Virus record (IMG/VR): IMGVR_UViG_3300006639_000442
Location: 1-30,840 of that record
Direction: 5' to 3' (one strand)
DNA length: 30,840 nucleotides
Source: a virus
Lineage: Duplodnaviria; Caudoviricetes
The position numbers and the translations under genes were made by a program. Within the stretch, counting starts at the first letter, position 1. Every line of letters begins with the position of its first letter. Below, piece by piece: positions 15,496 to 24,523 of the stretch. A model generated the notes under the pieces. That model saw only the letters and a list, made by a program, of their open reading frames with translations, ran no database searches and was not told the DNA's origin.

Positions 15496-16395
15496 ATGTC
15501 ATTCGCAGACCTCAAGCGTTCCTCTACCTCGTCTTTCGACAAGCTCAAGACGGAACTCGCAAAGCAGAATACCACATACGACCGTACCGGAGACGACAAG
15601 CTCTGGAAGTGTGCCACAGATAAGGCAGGCAATGGTTATGCTGTTATTCGCTTTCTCCCAGCCCCCGAAGGTGAAGACTTTCCATATGTTAAGATCTGGG
15701 ATCATGGATTCCAGGGACCAACTGGCCTATGGTACATCGAGAGGTCATTGACGACTCTCGGTAAAGACGATCCTGTTGGTGAGATGAACAGCACCCTCTG
15801 GAACTCTGGCCTTGATGCTGACAAGGAAACGGCACGTAAACAAAAGCGTCGTCTTGCCTACTACAGTAATATCCTTGTTATTAAGGATCCAGCCAACCCT
15901 GAGAACGAAGGTAAAGTCTTCCTGTACAAGTACGGCAAGAAGATCTTCGATAAGCTGAACGATCTGATGAACCCATCGTTCGAAGACGAACAGCCAGTGA
16001 ATCCATTCGATCTTTGGTCGGGTGCAAACTTCAAGCTTAAGATTCGTAAGGTTGAGGGTTATCCCAACTACGATAAGTCAGAATTCGACTCTCCCGCACC
16101 ACTGTTCGATGATGACGACAAGCTTGAAGCCGTTTGGAAGCAGGAGCATTCCCTCAAGGAACTCGTGGATCCAAAGCACTTCAAGTCCTATGACGAACTT
16201 AAGACCCGTCTCAACAACGTTCTCGTTCTTAATGCTCCGGCTAAGGTTCGTGGCGTTGAGCTCGACGCTGAAGAGTACAAGGCTCCGGCCCCAACCTTCC
16301 AGGCTGCAGCTGCACCTTCAGTTGCCACTGCTTCTGCTGTCGATGATGATGACGAGGATCTTGCGTTCTTCAGTAAGCTTGCCGCTGAAGATTGA
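15496..16395 (+). CDS. gp32: Single-stranded DNA binding protein gp32
   Basis: DKAGNGYAVIRFLP, HGFQGPTGLWYIE, KYGKKIFDK, PFDLWSGANFKLKIR, acidic C-terminal tail. Confidence 0.97.
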   Translation: MSFADLKRSSTSSFDKLKTELAKQNTTYDRTGDDKLWKCATDKAGNGYAVIRFLPAPEGEDFPYVKIWDHGFQGPTGLWYIERSLTTLGKDDPVGEMNSTLWNSGLDADKETARKQKRRLAYYSNILVIKDPANPENEGKVFLYKYGKKIFDKLNDLMNPSFEDEQPVNPFDLWSGANFKLKIRKVEGYPNYDKSEFDSPAPLFDDDDKLEAVWKQEHSLKELVDPKHFKSYDELKTRLNNVLVLNAPAKVRGVELDAEEYKAPAPTFQAAAAPSVATASAVDDDDEDLAFFSKLAAED

Positions 16396-16402
16396 TCGGA
16401 GG

Positions 16403-16437
16403 GAAGAGGGGGATCGAGAGGTTCCCCTCTTCTTTTA
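16403..16437 (+). terminator. Rho-independent terminator after gp32, between convergent genes
   Basis: gaagagggg...cccctcttc stem followed by TTTT. Confidence 0.85.
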
Positions 16438-18312
16438 TATTATGGCCATCTCTGACTGAGCAGGCATGAATCCGAATCTCTCTAGGTAGTAGTTCACACC
16501 ACCCATATCACTCTCGGTCGCCGGTGTCTGAATCACTGGCGATGATTTGTTTGGATTGATGTTTGCCGGTGAAACTGTTTTAGAAACGGATGGTGTCGGC
16601 TTTGGAGTTCTAGATTCGGCCATGGCATCAGTCTTTGCCATTTCATAACTCTTTGCCATAGGACCTAGTTTTGATGCAGCAGTTGTAAGCTCGCGTTTTG
16701 TATAGTCATCAGTGCCAATCAATGCAGCACCAACCTTGCCGAAGATATTCTTGGCATTACTCATTACATCCGTAATAGTATCTACGGCATTAGCAATAGG
16801 ACTCTCGCCGCCACCGAATCCACCGATGCCTTCTGGTCCGCCGACTGAAACATGCATGTGACTATAATGCCCTTTAGTTCTCCAAAGAACATTGTATCCG
16901 GCTGCTTTTATTTGTGGAGCTAAGGCGTCAAGAATGGCAGCTTCATTTGGCCCAGGAAAATTGACATCAATTGCCATTCCTCGATAGTGTCTAGAGTTGT
17001 TGCTATGTTCACCTACTCTACCACTAATTGCCATGTGTTCCATTTTACTTTTTTCAGCGCCTTGGCCTACTAAGTAATTTGCAAGTGCCACAATATCATT
17101 TTTAGGAATTGTAGGTGCACTTGCCCTTCCGCTAGTTCTTCCGCCCTTTGCCTTCAAACCGTATGTTTTTGTTTTATCTTTTTCTACAATAGCCTGAGCA
17201 CGTTGTATTGGATCATTTGAAAGTATATTTGGTTTTGCTGTAAAGAAAGCATTAGCAGGTGGCTGGGTATTTGCCTTGGGAGAACTTTTTGCCGCAGGTG
17301 CCGGTGTTGTAGCAATCGGTTTCTGACTTGTAGGAGCTGATTTTTGTGTAAATGCTTGTTCACGAACTTTAGGATCAGCTGATAAAATACCAGCAGATGG
17401 AGTCGTAGTAAGAGCCGGTTGAGTAACAGGTGCGTATGAAGCAAATGCTGGAGGTGATTTAAAATAATCGTTTGGTGTGTATTCTGTTGGACCGATATTT
17501 CCAGCACTTGCAGTGCTGGATGTGGCAGCTCCATCGCCGAGTAACCATTCAAATGCACCGTTTATTGTTTTAGCAACATCAATAACATATGAAGCTGCTT
17601 CTTTACCAAAGTTTGCAAGACTGCTGATTGTTTCCTTTACTGGATCAAACTGCAATGCAATAAGACCGGCTAGTGCAACTGCACCTATAAGATCGGCATT
17701 ACTTTCTTTTTCCGCATCAGGTGTTTCAAGTACTTTGGCTTGATCAGTATCTTTGGCTTCTATACTGGCTTCTTTTGCCTGAGCCACTTCTTTTAATGAA
17801 ATAATTTGATTGTTTTGCAACTGTTGTTTTAGATAGCTATCGATAGATGCCAACTGGTTAATCATTGCAATTAATGGTTTATTGATACCAACATTTTGAT
17901 TCTTTACAAGTACTCCTCCACCTGTTTTTGGTGGTTTCTTACTCTTTGTCTTTTGTAAAGCCGCTTCACCGGTCATTCCATATGATGTAAATACGCTTGG
18001 GCCTGCGCCAACCTGTTCAAAACGTGAAAGAGAACTATTTAGTATAGTTTGTAAACTTGGAGGAACTGCTATTTTTGTTTTTTCGTCAAGCCATCCTTGG
18101 TTAACGTCATAGACAAATTTCTGGCCGTTGATAAAAACGGGTTCCACGTTCCTATCAATCTTGACACGAAGTTTTTTAACCTCTGGTTCTTCGACCATGA
18201 GACTGTCTAGTAGTTTGATAAGACCTGTATCAGCTGGCTGTTTAGTCTTGGCATCGATCCAACCTTTGTTGGCGTCTTTGACAAACTTTTGATCGCCGAT
18301 TGTTACACTCAT
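16435..18312 (-). CDS. Tail/baseplate-hub (tape-measure-like) protein with a peptidase M15-like (LAS-type Zn) domain
   Basis: SRHYRGMAID (H-x6-D) and HYSHMHV (HxH); position downstream of gp26/gp51; paralog of the neighbouring gene. Confidence 0.75.
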   Translation of the reverse strand: MSVTIGDQKFVKDANKGWIDAKTKQPADTGLIKLLDSLMVEEPEVKKLRVKIDRNVEPVFINGQKFVYDVNQGWLDEKTKIAVPPSLQTILNSSLSRFEQVGAGPSVFTSYGMTGEAALQKTKSKKPPKTGGGVLVKNQNVGINKPLIAMINQLASIDSYLKQQLQNNQIISLKEVAQAKEASIEAKDTDQAKVLETPDAEKESNADLIGAVALAGLIALQFDPVKETISSLANFGKEAASYVIDVAKTINGAFEWLLGDGAATSSTASAGNIGPTEYTPNDYFKSPPAFASYAPVTQPALTTTPSAGILSADPKVREQAFTQKSAPTSQKPIATTPAPAAKSSPKANTQPPANAFFTAKPNILSNDPIQRAQAIVEKDKTKTYGLKAKGGRTSGRASAPTIPKNDIVALANYLVGQGAEKSKMEHMAISGRVGEHSNNSRHYRGMAIDVNFPGPNEAAILDALAPQIKAAGYNVLWRTKGHYSHMHVSVGGPEGIGGFGGGESPIANAVDTITDVMSNAKNIFGKVGAALIGTDDYTKRELTTAASKLGPMAKSYEMAKTDAMAESRTPKPTPSVSKTVSPANINPNKSSPVIQTPATESDMGGVNYYLERFGFMPAQSEMAII

Positions 18313-20297
18313 GCCGCAAACTTCCAGTGTGCCAGATACGTCATGACTATATCCTTATCACCTGGATAATTAGGATTTAATGCACCGAGACTGCCGTCAT
18401 TAGATGCTTGCATAATACTTTTCTGCATCGCAGTAGCAGCTACTGCACCGGGTCCTGTAATCTTTTGTTCTTTACCGGCAATCATGACCGTTTCTATCTT
18501 CTTAGACATATCCAAGATCTTTGCGCTTGGATCGTTGATCTTTTCAGTAATCGGTCTAGATGTATAGTTCTGCGTACCAATTAGTGCTGCACCTGCTTCA
18601 CCAAAGATATTTTTAGCCATATCCAAGGCAGATTCAATACTAAAACCGGTTGCACCAGAACTGGCGCCACGTGCCTGTGCAGCTAGTGCAGCTGGTTCTT
18701 CATATGTAGACTGCGCAGTCGATAATGATGTTCCACGTTCGGCCGCCATACCATAAGAAATTCTCTTTTTAAGACTTGAATTTCTATCAGCAGCGCTCGG
18801 TCTTTCGTACTTATCAAGAACTACTGTAGTTGCATCAGCAGAATTTGAAGTTGCTTTCAAAGCCGACAGAGAGTCTTTGTGGGTTGTTTTCATTTCTTGA
18901 ACGATCCAACCTAATTGAGTCTCAAAGACATCGCGGCGGGTCCCACGAGATTTAGCATATGCATCTAATCCGTCTTGACGCGGCCCTCTCCATTGAGCAA
19001 TGCCGTATGCACCTCTGCCACCGCCTGCTTCATTAAATGCATTCGTATCTAACTCAGATTCTGCCATAAGATTGGCCACAATGCCAGCCGCCTGGAAGTG
19101 AGTTATCCCAAGATTCTTCATTAGATATTGCATAGCAAAATCTACTTTTTGATCTCCAGTAGGAACATATGTTTCTTGGGTACCAGCGGGTTTGTATGAA
19201 TCTGATGTCGGAGGATTTGCACCTACTATATTGGCATCATTTAACTGATCTTGAGTACCAAATAAGATGGTGTCAATCTCGGCATCACTGCGGCCCTGTT
19301 TCTTAAGATCATCCTTCAAGAACTGCACATCTTCTGCACTACCAGCAGATATCTGCAGATAAGCCCGTGCAGATTCAATAAGTCCAGTTTTTGTTGGATC
19401 CCCGCCACGTTGATTCATCGTCAAGGCGCGTCTTTGGAAATACTTTTCTGCCTTTTCTTTGGCAGCATCAGAAAAAAGCTGAGTGCTTTTTGATCTGAAT
19501 GTTTCTCTCTTGTTCTCCATTTTGTAACCAAGAACACCAAGGCCACTGGCAATCGCACCTATAATTGCACCCCATGGCCCTGCAACAGAAAAACCAAGTG
19601 CAGCACCAGATGCCACAGCGGCCAGTTCAGCCAACCACCCATATTCACGCTTGAAGGCATTTACATTTTCTTTAAGAGCATCTAATTCAGAAGTATCTAA
19701 TTGCGAGATACCGATGGCGCCAAGTCCACCTAACAGCAAACCACCCTTGAGCAGTTTTCCAGCAACATCCCATTTGCCTGTCTTTTCTTTGGCATAGTTA
19801 CCCGCGGCACCTAAACCTGCACCGAGTTTACTAAACATGCCGGTGTCTTTTGATTCAATCGCGAATTCTTTTTCGGCTTGTACTTTTTTCTGAAAAGCCA
19901 GACGATCATTTTCTATTTGTGTTCTTAATGTACTATCAATTGATGCAAGATACGATACAGCGACGGCCAACAGTTTTTCTGTCGGCATTTTTTCATTGTA
20001 TGTTGGTTTAGCAGCTTTTTTAGGGGCAGGAAGTGTTCCGCTGCCTGACACTATGTTCTGTTTACCTGCACTTCCAACGATGCCGACGTTATTAACGATT
20101 GTTTTTGGGCCTTCGGTAAGAGCACCTTGTAATGCTCCTCCGATAGCAGAACCCAGACCCTGAGCAGCACCGCCAACAGCAGAACCAATACCTTGTAAAG
20201 CACCTGCAACAATACGGCCGCCGGCTTCAATTCCTTCACCGATGACTTCAATGCCTAATTTTGTACCAGCTGCTGCTGCAATTGCGGGCAATGCCAT
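18309..20297 (-). CDS. Tail/tape-measure-like protein with a phage tail lysozyme (Phage_lysozyme2-like) domain
   Basis: QAAGIVANLMAES...GAYGIAQW...R...L...Q...YERP; Gly/Ala-rich hydrophobic N-half; likely start ATG 20297 (MALPAIAAA). Confidence 0.82.
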   Translation of the reverse strand: MALPAIAAAAGTKLGIEVIGEGIEAGGRIVAGALQGIGSAVGGAAQGLGSAIGGALQGALTEGPKTIVNNVGIVGSAGKQNIVSGSGTLPAPKKAAKPTYNEKMPTEKLLAVAVSYLASIDSTLRTQIENDRLAFQKKVQAEKEFAIESKDTGMFSKLGAGLGAAGNYAKEKTGKWDVAGKLLKGGLLLGGLGAIGISQLDTSELDALKENVNAFKREYGWLAELAAVASGAALGFSVAGPWGAIIGAIASGLGVLGYKMENKRETFRSKSTQLFSDAAKEKAEKYFQRRALTMNQRGGDPTKTGLIESARAYLQISAGSAEDVQFLKDDLKKQGRSDAEIDTILFGTQDQLNDANIVGANPPTSDSYKPAGTQETYVPTGDQKVDFAMQYLMKNLGITHFQAAGIVANLMAESELDTNAFNEAGGGRGAYGIAQWRGPRQDGLDAYAKSRGTRRDVFETQLGWIVQEMKTTHKDSLSALKATSNSADATTVVLDKYERPSAADRNSSLKKRISYGMAAERGTSLSTAQSTYEEPAALAAQARGASSGATGFSIESALDMAKNIFGEAGAALIGTQNYTSRPITEKINDPSAKILDMSKKIETVMIAGKEQKITGPGAVAATAMQKSIMQASNDGSLGALNPNYPGDKDIVMTYLAHWKFAA

Positions 20298-20298
20298 G

Positions 20299-20481
20299 TT
20301 ATTTTCTTCTATTTTCGAGTTCTTGTTTTTGTTCTTCAAGATATGACATCAGCATATCAACATATAGATCTCTTTCATAAGGTATTAAGCTTTCAATCTC
20401 AGTAATTGAATATTTATGGTGTTGAGCCATCGAGAATACCATCGAATAGTATACCTGAAGGGTCGTGTGGCTCAACCCCAC
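20299..20481 (-). CDS. gp51: Baseplate hub assembly protein gp51 (possibly expressed as a frameshift fusion with gp26)
   Basis: LSHTTLQVYY...MAQHHKYSITEIESLIPYERDLYVDML. Confidence 0.85.
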   Translation of the reverse strand: MGLSHTTLQVYYSMVFSMAQHHKYSITEIESLIPYERDLYVDMLMSYLEEQKQELENRRK

Positions 20482-21185
20482 ATAAAAAAATCTCTGAGAT
20501 TCGTTAGCTCAATCACCCTTTCATTACCAAGCTTATTCTTGTATTCGAATTTATGATATAGTTTTGGCATTGCCTCGAAGAATTTACGAATCTTATCGAA
20601 TGTTTTTACATCAAGACCGTCAAGGAACTCGGTGATCTCCTTGTCAGTATATTCACTGGCAACATATACTTCATCGGCATCATAGATTGTGTCGATACAG
20701 TTGACAATAAAGAATGTCATCAGTTCGATTTCATTCTCGAATGTACCCATCTTATCAGTGATCGATGCTGAAGGATACTTCATCGTCATGCCGACTGAGT
20801 CGGTGATAGCAATAGTTGGATCTGCCTGTTCATCTGGATACGTCACTTCAATCTTATCTAGATCCAGTTCGAAGTCATAGACCTCATCATCTTCGGTATC
20901 ACGATAAGAAAGCTTTACAATATTATTGACTGAACGCGCACGAAGTTTCAGGAACAAATATTCTAGATCGAATGTAGATAGATCATCAACATCGAATCCT
21001 GGTGTGGTTATGCAGTTATTCAGGATCTGTTTGATAGCACGGATAATTTCACCATCATTGCCGCCCTGTTGTGCAATTAGAAGGATCTTCTCCTCCTTGA
21101 CAAGGAACGGTCTGAACTCAACCTTCTTTTTTGTTGACGGTACTACTGTGTCAAAGATAGGTTGACTGATTTTAGGCAAAGACAT
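20472..21185 (-). CDS. gp26: Baseplate hub assembly chaperone gp26
   Basis: MSLPKI, FRPFLVKEEKILLIA, FDLEYLFLKLRARSV, MKYPS, C-terminal L.DFF. Confidence 0.93.
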   Translation of the reverse strand: MSLPKISQPIFDTVVPSTKKKVEFRPFLVKEEKILLIAQQGGNDGEIIRAIKQILNNCITTPGFDVDDLSTFDLEYLFLKLRARSVNNIVKLSYRDTEDDEVYDFELDLDKIEVTYPDEQADPTIAITDSVGMTMKYPSASITDKMGTFENEIELMTFFIVNCIDTIYDADEVYVASEYTDKEITEFLDGLDVKTFDKIRKFFEAMPKLYHKFEYKNKLGNERVIELTNLRDFFMWG

Positions 21186-21195
21186 TATATTCTCC

Positions 21196-22191
21196 TCAAG
21201 CTTGTGTCAATGGAATAGTCATAATATTAATTGATGGGGCTGGGTCTGATGCAGCCGTATTAATTTGTTGTTGTACTTCTGGTGGAACTTCTATAGTATA
21301 GTTACCGACTGCGGATGGACTTCCGAAAAATGGACCAGAAGCACTCTGTCTGTTACCACTAAGACCTGTAACAAAGATTTCACCAGGAAATCCTTTTTCT
21401 TCGTTCGGTGATCTTGCTGCGGCTGCCGCAATTGCTTCCTGTTGTGCGGCCAAGTATAATGCATTGTCACCTGCCTTAGGCGTTTTCATAACCATATCAG
21501 TAAATGCAAATGTTACATTGTACTTCATCATTTGGTTCTCATCACCCCATGCCAGGTTAATGCTCTGAATAGAGATCGGGAATGCATCAAAGATGTTGTA
21601 CTCAATTGTCGTATTTAACTGTCTGTCATATACGAATACACTGACCTTACTATTCGAATAGTCATCCTTGAATCCGACTTCGTATGGCTGATAGTTATTG
21701 AATTCGCCGGTATTTCTCATGTCAGCCCCACCCTTTGAGTCGTGGTTGACAATCAGGTTGATCCACTTGTTAAAGAAGTCAACAACCTCTGAATTATTAT
21801 CTACAATCCATTGAAGTGTAAAGTCGCCGAAGTTCACATTATATGGAACTGTTTCAGTAGGACCATAACCGTAACGACGGATAGCTTCTTCTTTGATAAG
21901 TGATACTGCTGGAAGGATAGCACTATCACATCTCATGATAAGTTTGTCTTTGTTGATAGATGTATAGTTGTTCAATGCTCGTGTCAGACCGCTTGACTTG
22001 AATGGTGCAAATCTAACAAGATAACTATGTGTCGGTAGGACACCATAGTTATTAAGTTCGGTTCTGAAATTATCAATGCTGAATGACTGCGATGTATTTG
22101 CAACCTGACTTTTTGGTTCAGTCGGTACATTACCGCCAACTGCACTACCTGCTTGTGTTTCTGAGTTTGTGGATTGATTTATATCCGCCAT
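21196..22191 (-). CDS. gp54: Baseplate-tail tube initiator gp54-like (tube-fold) protein
   Basis: FSIDNFRTEL...YLVRF and DAFPISIQSINLAW...YNVTFAF tube-fold motifs; synteny between gp2 and gp26. Confidence 0.7.
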   Translation of the reverse strand: MADINQSTNSETQAGSAVGGNVPTEPKSQVANTSQSFSIDNFRTELNNYGVLPTHSYLVRFAPFKSSGLTRALNNYTSINKDKLIMRCDSAILPAVSLIKEEAIRRYGYGPTETVPYNVNFGDFTLQWIVDNNSEVVDFFNKWINLIVNHDSKGGADMRNTGEFNNYQPYEVGFKDDYSNSKVSVFVYDRQLNTTIEYNIFDAFPISIQSINLAWGDENQMMKYNVTFAFTDMVMKTPKAGDNALYLAAQQEAIAAAAARSPNEEKGFPGEIFVTGLSGNRQSASGPFFGSPSAVGNYTIEVPPEVQQQINTAASDPAPSINIMTIPLTQA

Positions 22192-22787
22192 TATTGTCCT
22201 CTAACCATCTTCTTGGACTCTGCCCAGACCTGTGTCTTTGTTGCTTTGGTAAAACGTTCTGTCGGCAGGAACAGAGCGACATCCCATTCTGAAGGGTAGA
22301 TGTACATGAATCTAGAACGAACGTGTTCATCCAGATACATCTTGACACATGGCTCAAAAAACTTAAGCTTCGAAACACTCTGAAGCAGTGAATAGTTCAT
22401 CTTAATCTTTGTCGACTCATCGTATCGTGTGTTGTTGGCATAGTCGTACAGACCATCCATTAACCTTGCACGTAACTGAGGGGGAAGGTAGTGTAGGTTC
22501 AGACCGTAGAATCCGCCTGGTACCTTACGAAAAGGAAACACCAGAGGAAACCGGTCATAGTATGCCAGAGTTTCTTTGTGCTTGGGATCATAGTAGTACA
22601 TGTACATCTGACCAACGATCGGCGTAGTAACCAACCGTGATTGATCTCCACGCATCAGTTCACGCTCATTGATACGTGCAATCTTCTTGGCAGTCTCACG
22701 AAACCAATCACGTGCCTGTTGCGTACGCGCAGGGATCTGGCCTGAGCGGACACCTTGGGTAATGATTGTATCGAATACTGTTGCCAT
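22191..22787 (-). CDS. gp2: DNA end protector protein gp2
   Basis: GQMYMYYYDPKHKETLAYYDRFPLV, GLNLHYLPP..R, CVKMYL..HVRS. Confidence 0.93.
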   Translation of the reverse strand: MATVFDTIITQGVRSGQIPARTQQARDWFRETAKKIARINERELMRGDQSRLVTTPIVGQMYMYYYDPKHKETLAYYDRFPLVFPFRKVPGGFYGLNLHYLPPQLRARLMDGLYDYANNTRYDESTKIKMNYSLLQSVSKLKFFEPCVKMYLDEHVRSRFMYIYPSEWDVALFLPTERFTKATKTQVWAESKKMVRGQ

Positions 22788-23230
22788 TAAAATGTTATTC
22801 CGAGTTCGTGTTCTGTTATGATCTCAAACTTCCAGCCACGATCTTTGCAATAGTTGCCAGCAGCTTCCCACTTACTGCTATTTATCCCCCATGTGGCGAC
22901 CTCATTGATATACCTTTTATTTGGCTTACCAGTTTGGACTGTTGGCGGTTTGGTCTGAGCGTATGGCTTGATCTCGACTACGACGGTATCGATCTTGCCG
23001 TCCTGTGTCTTCTTTTTGATGATAAAGTCAGGAAAGTATCTATGAATTCTACCGTCAATAGGAGACCTGTAGGGAATGATAAGTTCTTCACTTCCCCATT
23101 GTAATACACCTGGATGACTATCAAGCCAACCCATAAATTTTAGTTCCCATCGACTTCTGTAGACGATATTCGATGGATCGCCGAGATACTTCTGAGGGTT
23201 TCTCGGCTGAAACTTTCCCTTATATGCCAT
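22787..23230 (-). CDS. gp4: Head completion nuclease gp4 (TnsA-like)
   Basis: MAYKGKFQPRNPQKYLGD, YRSRWE, HRYFPDF, EIKP, N.SKWEAA, ITEHEL. Confidence 0.95.
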   Translation of the reverse strand: MAYKGKFQPRNPQKYLGDPSNIVYRSRWELKFMGWLDSHPGVLQWGSEELIIPYRSPIDGRIHRYFPDFIIKKKTQDGKIDTVVVEIKPYAQTKPPTVQTGKPNKRYINEVATWGINSSKWEAAGNYCKDRGWKFEIITEHELGITF

Positions 23231-23232
23231 TT

Positions 23233-23248
23233 TCTATTTATAAATAGA
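23233..23248. promoter_or_regulatory. Overlapping divergent late promoters in a 16-bp palindrome, TCTATTTATAAATAGA
   Basis: TATAAATA on + at 23239-23246 and on - at 23242-23235, between divergent gp4 and gp48. Confidence 0.88.
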
Positions 23249-23275
23249 TTATGAACCTTACACAAAGAGAAGTCA

Positions 23276-24508
23276 ATGGCACTTATCAATCTTAATATCG
23301 ATAGTTTGAAGAGAGATACTAAAAGTATCCTGAATAAACTTGCCGATAACATTGCCAATAAAATCGAATCAAAGTTAGAGAATGCCGTTGAGGATCTTTT
23401 TGCAAAGGGCCTTAAGAAGATCGGCCTGTCAGATAACATCGCAAGACAATTGTCATCTCGCTTCGGCGATTCCTTCTCAGTAGGATTATCAGACAAGTAT
23501 TTTCAGTCTTCAACATCAGAACAGAAGCGTGTATCACCAGAAGAGATCTGTACAAATGTTCTCCCAAGAGATGGTGCTGAAACGACTGGTGATGCTGTTG
23601 ATCGTATTACCAATAAGATAGGTGTCAGCGGAACAACAGGCGCTGTTTTTCAATACCCAAGCCATCTGGGCCAATATTATTTCTCTATGAAGTTTGCTGA
23701 ATATCGCCGACCGGCTCCACAGGCACGTGCTGATCTGGTCTTCAAGGAAGCGTTTGTCCTTCCACTTCCAAGAGAACTAAGAGAATCTATCGATCTCAAC
23801 ATTGCTCCGAAGAGTACCGGTACGGCTGGTGGTATTGCTGATGCGGCGACTGCATATTTTACAACAAAAGGCAAAAGTAGTTTCTCACCTTCTGATACCG
23901 CCGAAACATTACTTCTGAGTAAACTAGTTCAGATGTCTGGTGAGTTCGGCGATGCGATTGGCCAATTTGCAGGTGCCGTACCGAATCCACACGTAGCTGC
24001 TATCTTCAGTGGTATCGAACTAAGAACACACAGATTTGAGTGGACGTTTGCTCCTAGAAACGCCGAGGAAAGTACTCAGCTACAACTGCTGATTTATAAA
24101 TTGAAATCAAATACACTTCCATCGTACAGTACAAATGGAACCGCTGCACTTCAATATCCACAACTTGTGCAGATCGATCTGTATCCATGGGCAAAAGATG
24201 GTGAAGAAAATAAACTGATTAGATTTAAGCCATGTCTTTTAAAAGATGTTGCTGTTAACTATTCACCACAGGGTATTCCATCATTCTTTGCTGGTACTAA
24301 ACAACCTACATTCATTCAATTGAGTTTAGACTTCCTAGAAACAGAGATCTGGACATCTAACGATTATGGTGAGCAGCGCTCGGATAGAATTCAAGAGATT
24401 CTTAACCTGCTTCCAGATGCAATCGGTGTTAATAGAGATGAGGTCAAGAATACTGTCGACACTATCTTTAAACAAACACCTGACTCTGCAAAAACAGATA
24501 CGCCTTAA
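23276..24508 (+). CDS. gp48: Baseplate tail-tube cap gp48
   Basis: LPLP, NPH...FSGIELRTHRFEWTFAPRNAEES, KPCLLKDVAVNYSP, LSLDFLETE. Confidence 0.85.
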   Translation: MALINLNIDSLKRDTKSILNKLADNIANKIESKLENAVEDLFAKGLKKIGLSDNIARQLSSRFGDSFSVGLSDKYFQSSTSEQKRVSPEEICTNVLPRDGAETTGDAVDRITNKIGVSGTTGAVFQYPSHLGQYYFSMKFAEYRRPAPQARADLVFKEAFVLPLPRELRESIDLNIAPKSTGTAGGIADAATAYFTTKGKSSFSPSDTAETLLLSKLVQMSGEFGDAIGQFAGAVPNPHVAAIFSGIELRTHRFEWTFAPRNAEESTQLQLLIYKLKSNTLPSYSTNGTAALQYPQLVQIDLYPWAKDGEENKLIRFKPCLLKDVAVNYSPQGIPSFFAGTKQPTFIQLSLDFLETEIWTSNDYGEQRSDRIQEILNLLPDAIGVNRDEVKNTVDTIFKQTPDSAKTDTP

Positions 24509-24523
24509 TAAGAGAGCACAATA

